Origin: Tubiluchus corallicola
Taxonomy: Eukaryota > Animalia > Priapulida
Assembly (NCBI GenBank): GCA_030141605.1
Contig: JAQGDQ010000032.1
Location: forward strand, 496,001-560,000
Length of the DNA stretch: 64,000 nucleotides
Reading direction: 5' to 3'
Shown: positions 22,723 through 38,089 of the stretch, one piece after another
Numbering within the stretch: position 1 is the first letter of the stretch
Layout: each line of letters begins with the position of its first letter
Translations under genes and position numbers: made by a program
Notes under the pieces: model-generated
What the model saw: only the letters and a program-made list of their open reading frames with translations
Databases searched by the model: none
Told to the model about the DNA's origin: nothing

Positions 22723-24692
22723 CTGCAAAATAGTAATCATAAACAACAAGTTAGTGACCAGTGGCAAAAATGTAAATAAACATGCATGGGCTGCTGAAAA
22801 TGTTGTAAACGCGAGTAGAGCAACCAAAAACCGAAAGAAAACACTGGACTGTCATATCATTATTGATTAAAAACAAAAGAGCGTTCTTAAAGAGTATTGT
22901 AATTGGTGAGCGTTAATTTTGCACAGAATACACAAAACGGTGTCCTGTAAGTCTTTACTCGTTTCTGTCAGTGTTTCGAATTTTAAATCCACCTTAAATC
23001 CGAAATTGATCAACTTGCGAGGACGAATTCGAGGTAAATTCGCATTGAATTAGATTTTCAATATAGCATTCGAAATAAAGACTTAATCCAAAGACAAACT
23101 GAACAAACGCGGATAGGAATATTAGATTTAAAGTGTCGCCTTCTCTTATAAAAATCACCTGATAAAGAAAAGTTAAAGTCGTAACATGTATAAGCAGTTG
23201 TTTAATTAACCATTAGTCCCCATTGTCACAACTTGAGCTGAAGCAACGCAAATAACAAAATTTTGAGAGATATGTATTTCAAAAGATACAGTAGGACTAA
23301 TACTGGGAGTAAAAAGGGGGATATCATTAGCCTTGACTTGGTGAGTATAGAATTCAATTGAACTGTGTTCACTTATTTCGAATTCTAGTCCATAAAACAC
23401 AAATATATAAATACAAGGATAAAACACTATTAAAAACTAACTTAAAAACTTATTTACAGTATAAAACGTAGGTATCGTTACACATAAAATCGTTTCTCCA
23501 TTTGCTAAAAATATAAAAATTCATGCTGATATCAGAATTTAAAAAAAATTGTAATAAAATATGACTAGATTGGGCTAGTCAATTTTTAAAAGAATAAATA
23601 GCTTTTCTTATGATTACGTCAAAATGCTGAATTTGCAAGTAGATACACATTTGACTAGTGCTGCAATCACAGGGCAATGAAAATACATGCAGTTTACTTA
23701 TGCACTTGTTATAGATAACTTTCAGTTCTTTAATAATTTAGGCATTGCAATTTCTCTACAATGGTATACCATACACACCTGTGCAGTAAGTTTTAAACAA
23801 TTGTATCTTAACATCTTTTCTGATAGGAATTGTATAGATGAATCAACTAAATTGGCGTTGGATTTATCGAAAGACTTACAGTCGTCCTTAATTAACAATG
23901 ACCACCGGTTTTATTTTATTCATTTTAAAAATCATTCTACGTTTTCTATAAAGTATTGTTTTTACAGTTTGCCATATTGGAAATCAGAATCTGTCATGCA
24001 ATCCCAACAATAGTAAAAGGGGCAGGGAATGGTTGCAATGGGACCTGTTGATCTTCAAAGACAATTTTGAGATGAGACACTAAATTGCTGTAAGTATCTT
24101 AACTATGCTCGTGCGTACATACATTCTTCCTCAACATAATGAACAACCGAAAGCAGTAACAGATGAAGAAGCAGTGTTCGAATGACCGCCCATCCATTTA
24201 CTAAATATGTTCGACGCTGCTTAACTTTCTTAGTCAAAAAAGTACCGTGACAGCTGAGCATACGTGCTAGCATAACACTCAGCACATGTTGCTGCCATAG
24301 TACATTTATTAAACGTTCCATTTTTGTAGAACACAAGTTTGGTTTCGATTTCTAAAGTAAAAGCTTGAACATACACTCAAACAGTGCCTACCTCCGGTGC
24401 ACAATGGTTCACCCGGGTAAGCTCGGCTTCTTCAGGAAGCCTATAAGATTTGGACTAGAAAAACAAGGAGCTAAAATATTTACATAACCGGGATAACGCA
24501 TAAACCAATTTCAGCTACAGGACGGAACCAGGAAGACACTTGAAGATCTTAACTACGTTCTATGCGAAAATACGACTTAGCTTGTTTTTGTCACCGTTAT
24601 GTGAGACGTTCCAGCAAAAAATGAAACACGAACATGTATTTAAAACGCTTCTTAAAAACGTGAACCTTGGCTAGTAGACAAATGCACATTTA

Positions 24693-24737
24693 ATATATAT
24701 ATATTATATATATATTTTATATATATATATATATATA
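24693..24737. repeat. (TA)n microsatellite, interrupted
   Basis: Direct reading. Confidence 0.85.
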
Positions 24738-25494
24738 GAGCACGTGCTGTAGTGAAGTTGCTACTATATTCGCTCTATTCTAATTATTTTTATCTCACCG
24801 AATTGAGAGATTTTGATTAATAACACCAACACCAACATGACATGTCCGAAAATAAGCTGAAACAGTAAAGCAGAAAATTGCCTGCCCGGAAGTGAACATA
24901 GGACAGGCTGTTCTAGTGAAACAGCCTAACTGCAATCTATCTGTTATGATATTTTTATATTTTTACCAGACCTGTGTTTTCTATGCCAACGACAAAGCAC
25001 AGGAAGCATTCTGGTAGTGAAGCACTGAAGCAAATAGCAGAGCAGACGAGTGGACGCAAAGCAAACGAAACAGCGATAATGTTGGCGTGTATTTTAAAAC
25101 AGCTCACTTTCAATCTTTCTTTCGGTCTGTAGATTAACCTATTACAAGAAATCCGGTTGGGATGTGGAAGTCGACTGTGTAGTAAACGTTTCTCGGTGCT
25201 CTCACGCTTGGTCACCGCAAGCTCTGGTCCTACTACGTTGGTGCAACATTGGCACCCGCATCAGAAAACGTCAAAGTATTGCAGTTGTTCACGTAGTATT
25301 TAATCACAGTGAAATCATTAATATACTAGTTGTCATGGGTCTCTGTGCGCTTCATGCGTCACATTAATACATTAATTAAAGACATGTGAATTATTTACAG
25401 AAAATTAACAAGACGTCATAAAATATGAATAACTCTATTTATGTCCCGTTACGCCTGCAGATGTCATTACTATTCGGAATGGAAGAAAAAGTAT

Positions 25495-25720
25495 GGGATG
25501 AGAGGGGAAGGGTCAAAAAGGGCAGAAGAAGACAGTGGTCACGACAAGGAAACGGGGAGGTGAGGGAGAAGAAAGGGAACGAAGGGAGAGAGAAAAAAGG
25601 AGGGAACTGAAGAGGAGAGAAATGAGAAATGAGATGAGAATAGAGAAGAGAAGAGGAGAGGAGAGGACAGGGAAAGATAGAAGAAACGGGAAAGACCTGA
25701 AGGATAAAAACGAAAGAATA
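25495..25720. repeat. GA-rich low-complexity tract
   Basis: Degenerate (GA/GAGAA)n polypurine run. Confidence 0.8.
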
Positions 25721-26779
25721 GAACTCAGATATTGTAGAGACAGCTGCATGAATAATGGTACATAATGCATATACATTTTCGTAGTGATAAGAGAAGACGT
25801 GGTACGCTTATTACGCAGACAGTAACATTGCCAGCCTTAACCAATAAGCAGTAATTCAATATAGGTGCCACTTTTATAGACCATATTCCTATAACAAACC
25901 CTTGTAACCCCTTTCTCCCTTATCAAAACATTCTTTTGATGATGATGATGATCCATCCAAGTATTGTTCAAGGAGTCAAAAGCATTATTGACCCCAGTAA
26001 GAGTGCTAACTCTTCCGAAACATGCATGGTGATAGTTTTCACTAAAACTTTAACAGAATTGAAGAAACAGTACAGCATGCCAGAAGCATTAGTTGAAGAA
26101 AAACGATACGTCTGCGAGCAGTTTTACTGTTCTTTACATCTGAGATGTGGCTGCCAGCGAAAAAGAGATGTCATGTGATGTTGCAGTTAACCCGCTAATT
26201 GGGCATACAAGTGTACCCGCCAATCAAAAGTCAGCTAGGCGGACCCAGCATGGAGCACATGCACTGCGAAAAAAATGTGTAAAATTTTCTGATAGACTAT
26301 GCAGGAATATATGCAGCAGCCTTTTTCAGTTGAATGAATGCTAAGACCTAGTTTGCGAATACAAATGATTCAATACTTGTACATAAATAAATAAGCATAC
26401 AGTTTTTTTAATCTAACTTATTAAGTATTGTAGACGTTAAATTACCAGACAAGTTTACCAGATTAGTTTTTGAAGCGCGGTATCGTTGTTGTCAATGTTA
26501 TGACCAACTGTACGCTGTACAATTTTAGTACAGGCAGTTAAATTTAAACGAAGCTCGGCGCAATTGTGGTGCCCTAATCGATAACTCACGAAATTTTGCT
26601 TAATTTCAGGGGTTACCCAGTGGCCCAGACTAATTACAAAAATATTCAACGAAGAGAAAATTGTGACATAACAACATAGCTGTAAAATCTCATAAATTAT
26701 CTGCGCAATGCACAAATTTTCAGGGATTTCTTGCTAGTGACTCGCATTACAGCAAGTTTAAATAGCAACTGAGCAACAC

Positions 26780-26781
<2 letters not shown>

Positions 26782-26834
<53 letters not shown>
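26782..26834. repeat. (AT)n microsatellite
   Basis: Direct reading. Confidence 0.95.
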
Positions 26835-26840
<6 letters not shown>

Positions 26841-29800
26841 CATATCGTTCACGAGTTTGCAAAAAAAATTCACAATATAAATAAAATTTCGGCTGTTCAC
26901 ATTGAGTTTCTTCATGAAATACAGTCTATAGTATGAAACTGATGAAATCCCACGCTTGTATAATACACTCATTTTCTGTCTCTAAACTCTGTTCCGTAAA
27001 ATACGTGTACTATACAGTCAGACATTTCGATGACAAAGACCTCTTGTAAGTTTTTGTGAATAAGTTAAACAAAGTTCCAGCGGTGAATGGACTAATTTTC
27101 CGTGGACGACAAACAGAAGAGAATAGAAAACTGTTTTTGGAGAGTCTAAACAGCACGGTTAATAGTCACAACAGCCAACGACCTCAGCTATCAAAGACAT
27201 TTACAAAAGCTTGATAAAGGTGATAAATTTCAGGGGAAGAGGTTTAAATCACTTCACAGCTTGAGCTACAAAATAAAAATTAGGGGTAGGTTTAAAAGTA
27301 GTTCAAAGCATAAAAATTCACTATTATTGAGGCTTTCACTGGAATATGTAAGACTTGTTAAAGTTACTAAAATATTAATAATTATTTAAATTATGAAATG
27401 ATTTAATGTTCATATTTGCTATATCACACATCACATGATTCTTAATTGCACAAAATCGCACAATTTAAATTATGTATTTTTTCCTTTAAATGTTACTATA
27501 GCTGTTAAAAATATCTGAACAAAGCACACACGTGATAAAAGTCTATGCTCATGTGAAGGATAAGTGACTAAATAAATGCTCAGCATTACAGATTTTACAA
27601 TAGTTTCTAGCCAACTTTGCCATGCTGACTAGTCAAACTTTTAATTGTTCATGCTGTACGAATGCTCAGTGTGGCATTTAAACAGTGATTAATGAAATAT
27701 ATATGTATATAGGAAATACTAATTTTCGTTAACTTTTTAAAAGTAGAAGCCATGCAAAATGTCAACGTATAATTATGCTTTGTTTCCTTAATTACACCCT
27801 GTCAAAATGTATGTAAATTGCAATTATAAAGTGGATTTTGCCCATGTAATTTTGGCAACCCACCCGGATTTTGGCTACATTAAATCCTATAAATGAGTCA
27901 CACGTTATGCAATAAAATTTCAAAGATAAACCCATCTCGTTTGATTTGTTGGCCTTGCTTTGGGCGAAGGTCAATAATGACCGAAGGACAGCCGTGTGGC
28001 GAACGCTGTGACAAAACTTTTAATGTGATATTTCGTTTTTCATAGTCTGAAGAATTCTTAAGTTCTTGTGAAGTATGAACGTGGTGTGAATGCTGATATC
28101 ACGGCGGATCCAAGTCCAGAAAAGACGGGACAGCAGTTATTCGAATATTGAATAACTTCAGCAACTGAATCACAGACAGAGAAAAGAGATCACTGTCATT
28201 AAATAAAAATAATAATTTTTGGCCCTAGATCTTGCCAGTATAATTAAAAATGTCGCCCGTTTCTCAGATTTCGCAAAGACATGATTACAGTTTCGCCACA
28301 TGGAAATTGGATGCGCAAAATCATTGTGTGAAATTTTTTCTCACAGATGGCTGCACAAGCGATAGAAAGTTGGAATGTTGAAATCATAAACCACGCAAAC
28401 GTGCTTTCTTAAGGCTGTTCTCTCCACATAATCATCTCATATCGAGCTAATTAAATGGGACTGCTTAAATATATTCCTACACAATTGATAAACGTGTAGA
28501 TAGGTTTATCTACAATGAAAATCAGTTAGAAAGTTTTATTGAAATAAATCTAACTTTCAAAAGCCTGCGCTGCAGGAATAGCCAACATGATCTAACAGAA
28601 ATGTTTTTATTGAAATTTGTTTAACCTTTTTATTTTTGTTGTTTTAAGTTCATCGAACGTTTGCATAATTTTATGTAATAGACATAGGCTAATTGGTACT
28701 GCAGGACGTAGTTTCTGCCTTTCAGAAAGTAGCGGAAATCATTACGGCGGCAAAAGACTTAGAGGTTTTGTTAAAACCCCCAGACGTTCAGTTTTATTAC
28801 AACATCACGGGTCTATGGAATTAAATTGGTAACTTCAAAAATCGGGCGTCGCAAGGTACATAATTTTTTGATGCACTAAAAAGTTTTCTAATTTTAATGA
28901 ACTAAGAAAGTGAGACAATTAAAAATTAAAATAAAAGTATAATTAAGTGTCAAGTTAAGATTTCCCAATGCATGTTCCTCGTCAAAACACGTAACTTATG
29001 ACAATTATGTATTCACATTTGAGTACAACTTAAATTTGAAAATTTCGTGTCAAAAGTTCGCCGGCACAGCCGAGTTCAAAGTAACCACCAACATGAATGC
29101 ACCTAAATGACTGGTGATTTACAGACTAAATATTATCCGCACAATCTGTACTACAAATAACGTGATCTAGTTGATAATGTGACATGGAACAAAACTGAAC
29201 ACTACCATGTATCCTGGAGTCACTGAACCTAGAATGCTTTTACTAAACAAAAAGTGTGAAAACACTAGAACGACGCTTTCTTTCAATGGTGTATTATTTC
29301 GCGTTCCGATGCACAGACTGTGACAGTCCAATTAACACTTTTATGTGTAGGAAGAGACGCAGCAAGATATTGCCTCGTTCAAATTTAATTAGTTCCTATA
29401 AAGCTGCAGACAAAAAATATGTTTTTTATCAATAATTTTAAAAATTAAATAAGTTTAGTACTTTAGAACCTGGAAAAATAGAATATGGCCCAATAAAAAG
29501 TTAATCAGCAAAAATGCAAGCTGCTTATTTAACGTTCTTATCTTCATTTTTTCGTCAAATGCGTGTAGTTTAATCAGGTTTGATAAAGTTTTAATAGCTT
29601 TACTTTTTTCCAAAATAGGTTTTCAAAACTACGTGTAAATTTCAGTTTTATTTTCATGTGCTTCAATAAAGGTCCTTCGTGTATGCATTCTTTTTATCAA
29701 TTATAATCTTCGTGGGACGTCATAAAATGTAGTCCTGCTCATCAGCTAATCAAACTTGGATCTCAAGTAGTGTTCCAGACAAACTTTCAATCCAGTCTTT

Positions 29801-32800
29801 ATTTTTTGTTTGGCAACTTGTTCCGTGTCTTGTCTTTATCTATTTTCACCATTGAATCAGAAAGCAGCGTATGCACGCTGAGGATAATTTCATATCAACA
29901 TCTTTTATGCTACACGAGACACTTAATGGGATTTTAAAATGTCTGTCATAAGTGGTTATGATAGAATATGGCGTACATCAAGGCCACCTTCTTGTATCGA
30001 ATTAGTTACACAACGTGCACATTGTGAATTCTAGTAAATTTCTGTCGCAGAAAATTTTCCAGTAGCACAGAAAACTAGCATAGAACATTGTAACAATAAC
30101 TGATGAAATCGTCCATTGTGCATAATCCTTGAAAGACTGTTACAGACACTGTTGATTTTCAATGACTGATCAACTACTAGTATAATACACGATCTCGTAA
30201 ATTAGAAAATTTAAATGTGAGTGTTACGGACGAGGGTTCGTGACTATATCCCAAATCCAGGTCCTTCATGCCGTTATATAATCTTTCAAATTGTGGGCTT
30301 GTTTTCTCACTTAGCCTGCTAGTCTCTTGTTAACAAAATTTTCAAGTTATTAGGATGCTGAGGCCACGACATGACTCAACCAAATACTGTGGTCCCGGTC
30401 AAACAACAATATACATATATAAAACAATAAGATAATAAGTTGGAACGAATGAACTAACTCAGTTGTGGAACTCTGGGTCGGTAGACATTAAGCTTTTAGG
30501 AAACAATTAGTAGAACAAAAAGTGGACTGGCATTGCGATGCAACGAAATTTGGTACCTAATGTTTAATTTCTGGGCAAGTTTCTAGAGATTTGCAGCTAT
30601 AAGCCTAATTACTGAAGCGTGTAGACGTGCATGAACTATCAAGAAAAAAAGATTTTTCTTTTTTGAAAAGGAAAAGTGATGTCTTCTTCACACATGTAAC
30701 TTCCTTGAACAGTTAAAGGAGGTCCCACCCTTCCGTGACTAAGCTCAGCTAATCTGTTTTTCCAAGATGAAATTCAAACGTGACCCTTACGCCATTAAAA
30801 TAGAATTTCAAAATATGCGTCACGTGTACAAATAACGAATTTAACGTGGTAATTTGTCTGCTATGCAGAACAAATCTTTTGTCAAGCGCGTCAGAAGATT
30901 CAGAAAACTAAACTTGTTTATCTGGAGCCTTTGCGGCTCCTATTGTTATTTCTCCTTGAAAATCAGCCAGAATCTTTGTAATGTTAAATAGCAGCGTATA
31001 AAGCTTTACTTGCAAACATGTGCGCAAAGTCAAGTTAAAAAGACTCGAGTTAACCATGAAAAGTTTAATTATGCGAAATACAAAATATCTACTATTTCCT
31101 ATGCCAATTTTACACACGGGTCCTACGGTTCGGCAGTCGGCGGAGTGATACGTATCGGTTAGCTGGCTGGTCGGGCTAGTTCGTTCATCCTTCGGTCTGT
31201 CACTGGTTATTAGGAATTAGCTGGCCGGCAGACTGGCTAGATGCCGAGCCACGTAGATAACTGATTCGTCGGCTGATTGCAAAGCTGGACATTCCTATGC
31301 TGCTACTTCTAAAGCGCACCACATCATCAGTGCAAAACAAATAGTAATCACAGATATAGCTTATTAGCTAAATCTAAATTTTGTTCAAGACAGACAGCAG
31401 ACTATGAAGGAATCTGTTATGTCTGACCAGCAAACAATAATTTGTCGCGGTCCCCTCCCTACTTACTTGCTCACTGGCCACAGAAAAGCTCTTCCGTTTC
31501 AAAATCGTCTGCACAACAGATGCTTTCTGTTGCCGGAAACGATTCCGAAAACGAGGCCGAATATAACATAATTCCCAGACACATCTACTCGGTATGTACT
31601 TTTAATACACAAAAAACAAGATCACAATTAAAGACCCAAATATAGAGTGAACGTGCTAGTAAAAATTACATTTGGACCGCCATTTTAGTAGAATTTGTTT
31701 CTCACAAGTGCTAAGTTGTTTTTAAGGTGAAGACTGACCTGGCTTCTAACACCGCATACAGCGGGGATTAGTTTTGATGGGCGCGTGGCTTCACAGAAAC
31801 ATCTTTGTCACTAAGATGCATCTCTCGTGTTTACTCAGGCTTTGCCTGGACGTTTCACCGCTTGAGTGCCACCCACATTTGATATTTATAACTCGGAGCT
31901 ATTTAGATGACTCAAAGACATACAAAATTAGTTTGTTTTGAAGCACTTCTAATTTATGTCTCTGGATAATTTTATTCATTTTACATTATCTAGGCCATAA
32001 TTTTGTAACTACAGGTTTACTGAGTAAATGTACAACTTTTTAAATTTGTTAATTCAATTCATACATGGTTAGTAAAATAAAAGACTACTGTGTAAAGAAC
32101 AACCGATAAACTGTAACCTACTAATGCCACAATAGTAATGAGCAGGCGTTAGTTTATAACCTACGGTATAGTTAATGGTAGTAGGAATGGCAATGACAGA
32201 TGGAAGAGTCTAATGTACAGTGTCATCTGCTTTACGTTAGAAATTTATTTTAGATGCAGGTAAACAAACAAAACTTCCTGTTCGAAAGTATTTTGACGAA
32301 ACGCTAATAGAGCTCTGTGGTAGCGAAGACACTTTGTGATAGAAATTTTTTTGCCAAAATACCGCATCTGCATAAAAAGAATGCATTTCATATAATCTTG
32401 GCATAAATTTAGTTGGGATGAGGTAAAAATATCAGGATGCGCATTGTGCATACCCCACTTGTGGCATAGCGATCAAAACGATGTACGTTTTATCCAACAT
32501 TTGCTGGTTTCTTGTAATCCAATCTAGGTTTCAAAACTTTCTTTCGGTCAAAGTTTGATTTAAAAAAATACAAGTTATATTTACGTTCCACCTTTAATTG
32601 ACGACCTTGAAATTATAATTACTCTAGCGAATTTACAAATGGACTTAGTACAGAAAGTTACCTCACTCAGTCAGCGATATATAGGTCAAATTAGTTTTAA
32701 AAATTTAAACGATTGTACATAACCAGCTCATTCTATTTATTGATACAGGTAAATATTTATTATGTAACAGTAATTCTGTAATTTTTGTTACATGAGTCTA

Positions 32801-33197
32801 AATTCTAAGAGAAGTTGAAGCATGAGCTGGCAGGCACTTCTGCAAAATTATTCACAACATTATAGTCACACAATTATTCACTCGCAATGTTAGCTGTGAC
32901 TTTGAAATATCAAGCAGTAAAATTTAATTATTGTATAATTCGTGACTTCCGTTGACAGAAACTACTCTTGACAATATTAGTCTCTGTACTGAAGACCTAT
33001 GCATTCTATTAATGCACTGGGTGCGTGTTATATTATTATGTAAAATTGAATATTGTATCTACTTGCATGTTTGGTCAGTTCTTGTGTACCAACTAAACTC
33101 ACTTTGTGGCAGAATGGCGGTCCCTTAGCCTGATACTGTTATATTCATAATTTTGAAAAAATTCCAGCACAACAGCCGAGTAGTTAATAGTACTTAC

Positions 33198-33300
33198 CGT
33201 GAGCAACCCATCCATGTTTACAAGTTTCACACATGCGCAGTTGTGTTTTACCTGGTGAGAAACAATCACAGGAGCAAGTGGGCACAGTACATCGTATCGC
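33198..33300 (-). CDS. BNC2: Basonuclin exon ([34 protein letters not shown]); not in the ORF track
   Basis: 103 nt, phase 0/1, ttacAG and GTAAGT; matches BNC2 [34 protein letters not shown]. Confidence 0.96.
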
Positions 33301-36300
33301 CTGTAACATGAAAAAAAAGTAAAACATTATTATTTTACATTTCTGTTAAAATTGCTCAGTCACACTGACAGCATAATGAGTGTTAATAAATACGTCTAGT
33401 AAATGTATCAGATTGCCAGGTTTAAAAGACAATAGGCACTGTAAACTCTGCGCAGGTTTCTATATTATTTACAGTACAACTACAAAACATTTTCACGAAA
33501 TACTAATTCATGGTTTCACACAGCTTAAAATGAAACACGCACTAAATCATTACCATGAGCAAACACACTCAAAATGAAAGTCAACATCCTAGAAGACGTA
33601 TTTTAGACCCAAAACAATAATAAACAAATGAATATATCTATATGCTTTGCATAGAACAATATGATTTCATAACAATTTACACCAAACGATCTTACGCAAG
33701 TATAAGACTTTGTCTTGAACCGTGTATCAAAAATAATGGACAGTCATTCTAATTCACACGGGAGACAAATCACAAGTCACTCAAAGTCGCAAAAACACTT
33801 TGCAGCTCTACAAACCTGTTACGTTATTACGTAACTTATTTTTCAAAAATGACTCCATAAATGTTTAAAAGTGTCATGCAATATTAATGAAAATATACTA
33901 CTGGACTGATTTTCATCATTTATAATTTCTGATACTTGCCTCCCGGAGGAACAATCCCCGCCCGTCCCGTTTACCCCATCGCTGACTGCGTCACAATGAA
34001 GCCAAGTTTAACATAATGACATTATAACTGTTTAAAATGTTGAAGCCAGAGACGGGTGAAAACAGCGTGTCATTATAGACATGCCGTATTAAATATTCAA
34101 ATTCCTCGCTGTCGTAAAGCAATTAAGGCAAATTATGCAGGCGCCGAGGTGCCGATGAACATGTGGGCCGGGATGATGACCGAAGTTTAATATTTTAGCT
34201 GACAAGTCGGTGTAATTATGATGCCGGCGCGCGCGATCATGCACATAACGTTTCATAATGCTGAAAAGTTATTCAAATAAACGATAATTCATCACACATT
34301 AATTCGTATATGACTTTGTTACGCAGAGTCCTTTGTCCTGCATGATTTGGCGTCCAATAAAACTGCTGCGATGAATTCAAACAAACATCACAACAGTTTA
34401 ATGGAGCCCTCAGCCCCGTCAGGGCGTGCACTGCAGTTCAACGCAAATAATTTTCAGCGTTGTAAGAGTTTTATTTCTGACCTTATTTCTGATATTAGAC
34501 ATAACATAGATACTAATCTCTAGCAGTGACAATGACATCACCAATATGAGTAATTATACAACAATTTACGCAGCCATCATTTCACGAAATGGATGTTTTG
34601 ATTGTTAAGTAAAAAATGTTAGCATATAGCCTGTAACACTCGGCACAACCTCAATATTAATGTATGTAGGCTCAATTGAAAAAAAAACTATATAACCTTT
34701 AGATCTGGTTATTCCTTTATTTACATAATGCAGTCGCTGCGGTTTGTTATTTACGTTCATTTAACATAAGCTACAACTGGCGATAATCATTTGTAAAATA
34801 TAGAAGGACAGAAAAAAATAGTAGATTGTTATTCTGATCACTACATACAACGCGATACGAATGCATAAGAGTTGGCATTGTGACAATGGCATAGTAGTAA
34901 GCATCTACTTACAGTCAGCACACCGATTTAGGTTTTATACAGCTCTGCAGTGTGAGTAACAAGCCAGTATGCAGGTGGCACAAAATTTCAAGACGCATTT
35001 CTTTAGCTTCGTGTAAGTAAAATGTTTTCTTGTGTTTTAAGTGGGACGGGATTTCTCAACAATCCAAATTCGCAGTTAGCTGAATTCAACGCATTAATCC
35101 ACTTCACATAAACAAACGAACAGCAAAAAAGCAAACATACCGTTACATACGTACATGCAAGGCATGCTAAAACGATTAACTTTTAGATATATCTATGTAC
35201 AAATATGGGTATATATAATTGTGCAGCAAAATGAAATTTTCACAAAGTATGGCATGCTGTTAAGAGTAACTTGGTAAGGCCATGAGCTTAGCAACGGCTG
35301 TAAAGAATGAGCCCAATGCTAAAGTAAATGTTTTGACGTTTAGGCATGGGAATGGAGGAAATCAATGCTAATGTAAGGTAGCATTGAGTGGTGGCGAAAC
35401 AATTAGGCACAGCGCAAAAGTTTTTAAATTGCAACGTAAATGTAATATGATTTTATTGTAACGTGATACAAAAACCATGTTCTCCTTATCTTAGTGCATA
35501 ATGGCGCAAGTACGGGCGAAGATGCGTTGAAGCTTATTGCAGGGAAGTGGCCATGTGGCAGGCGATAGACAACACTGGGAACAGACGGCTCAATTTCAAG
35601 CTCTTTTTCTCTCCGTTCTGATTCTCTCTTCCTCGCTCTATCTTTCCCACTCGCTTCCTCTCTCTTTGGCCTTACATTGAACAGATAACCGAATACCAGT
35701 AAGAGTAATTACGGAATACGAAAGAAATTTAAAAAAGTGTGGGCTACTTTATTATAAAGGGTTACTAAAATACAGACTGTTTGAGATTCCGTGACACCAA
35801 CAACAAGGATGTGAGTTGGCCCATTTAGTGTTACTGTTAGCGTCTAAGTTGGCGATTATTAATAATTACAGATTAGGCCAGTAATTCTTGAAACACTAAC
35901 AACAGACATTCACTTTGAAATGAACGCTCTATAAATATCGATGGCTAGCGACTAGTTACTAGTCATCATCTCTATTGTATCCAGTTAGCTTTTTTGAAGA
36001 AAGTTTTTGCAGTGAAAATCCGCGACTCTTAGAAAATCATTGCCTAGATTTTATTGGAACGTATTTGCTGTGGCCCTACGGGTAAACCACACTCCTTTAT
36101 GCAATGAACAATTTCACTCCTAACACTTGGTATCAATGGAAATTACACATAATGAGAACTCTAGTAATTGGTCACTAATGAGAGGAACGAGGGCTCTGTC
36201 CTCAGGTCACTAAAATGTACCTCATTAGTCTGTCACTACTTCATTGTTCGTAAGAGACCGCGAGATAATCATCATTGCCGCCTGCGCAAGTGCTGCCCTC

Positions 36301-38089
36301 CCGGGAGACAGGTAGACGTCTTGGCAAAGTGCCAGAATCGAACCTGGAAACTTTCCCCTAGGAGCTTTTTTAAGAAACGACCTTTATTCTGAATCAAGGT
36401 TACTCAGAATGCACGTGGGGAAATGACCGAGGCTGTTACATCTAAAAAGTAAAAAGTTGAGAACTAAACGCTAATATTGTCGAAATTCATTCTTGTACGT
36501 AACTAAAATGTGCAATTTAGTTACACATCTACGTCTGGATTTCCAAACTCTAGTTGCTTTGTTACTTTTTTAGTTATCAGGTCATGTGGGTCACTCAATT
36601 TAAGTAACAATTTGTGTAACATATTGTTAAACTTAATATGTAAATTACAAAAGAATCATATATTCCAGGTCACGTGCATTTTTTCCTTAATATTCACATG
36701 TTTTGATTTCCATAGCTACAGGAATTGCAGTTTGTGAAAATTAGGTATTTAATACATAATTAATATACTGAGTAAGTCACGAGACGTCTATACTTAGTAC
36801 GTTTTAATACTATCATAATTTACAATCAAATTAGGGTAGGATGCTTAAACTATTTGATCAGAGTAACTGAAACATACCAATATTGAATAATTAGCAGCAC
36901 CAGTTTGCTTAGTAATCAAGGATTATGTAACACGAAGTTGAATTTTTAAAACAGATTACACTACTTTACTTTTTAAAGCAAAATCAATGATCATTGAATT
37001 AATTGTTATAAGAAAACCGTGCCAGCTTTATGCTACAATAATAAAGACTACATGGAAATGAGCTCACAATTATGCACGACTTGCATGAATAAGAAATATT
37101 ATATAGCTGTGATATTTTAATGCAAAATAGGCAAACGCTCATGCTAAAGATTTTCAAAACTGACGCGTTAACAATTGAACAATCAATAAAATATACCTAT
37201 AAAATTTTTATATAACCGCCCAATTAAACTGCCTTTACATTTAATTAACGCTATTAGCTATAATTCACAGATAGAGTTCTTCCGGTTAATAAAACAACTA
37301 ACTGTTTGTAAATTTCGTTTTTCCTCGTCTCCACTACACACTAACTTCTACCGCTGCTCACTGAACAACTTCAAGAGGCTTGAAAGAGTGTATTATCACA
37401 TTGTCAATCAACAGGCTAATTATGACAAATAATTACAAACCAAAGTATCCCATTAAAATGCGTTATAAAATGGCTCCATGAGTCATGTTCATAGCTCTGA
37501 AAGGCAGTGACTTACTAGGGCGACATTGTTATTAACTCTCATAGCTTCACCGCTGTGAATATTAGAGGTTTACCATAAAACATCAAAAATTTTCTGCTTT
37601 AATGATCAATTTGACAAATTAAACCGTTGCGAAACCAAACAAACACCGATCCTTTTTAAATGCCAGAAATGTTAAGAAAATTTTGCAATGTAGCAAACCA
37701 TTGCCATTGAAACTTAAATTTACGAATTTAGATTTATCGAAAAAATTCCGTAACTATAGACTATCTAGCAAAGACAGACATTGTTTATTGTGAGAGTCTT
37801 TAAAAAAGACTACTTCGAACTACCGCGAAAATATATACTGTTTTTATTTCTAATTAGTTTCTTTTCTAATGCATTTTTATTAACTTTTTTTTTAAATTGT
37901 GACACGTCTTTTCTTTTCATTTGCGGGTAAAATTTTTTCAATTTAAATCTATTGCAAAGCAAAACAAACACCATTTATTAGTTCATGTTCACTATATTGT
38001 TCAGCAGTTAAGAACCGACTGGAAATATAAAGCAAGCTGATAATAGAGACCGTTATAATTAATTCTTCATCCTATTAGGAAGGTTCATG

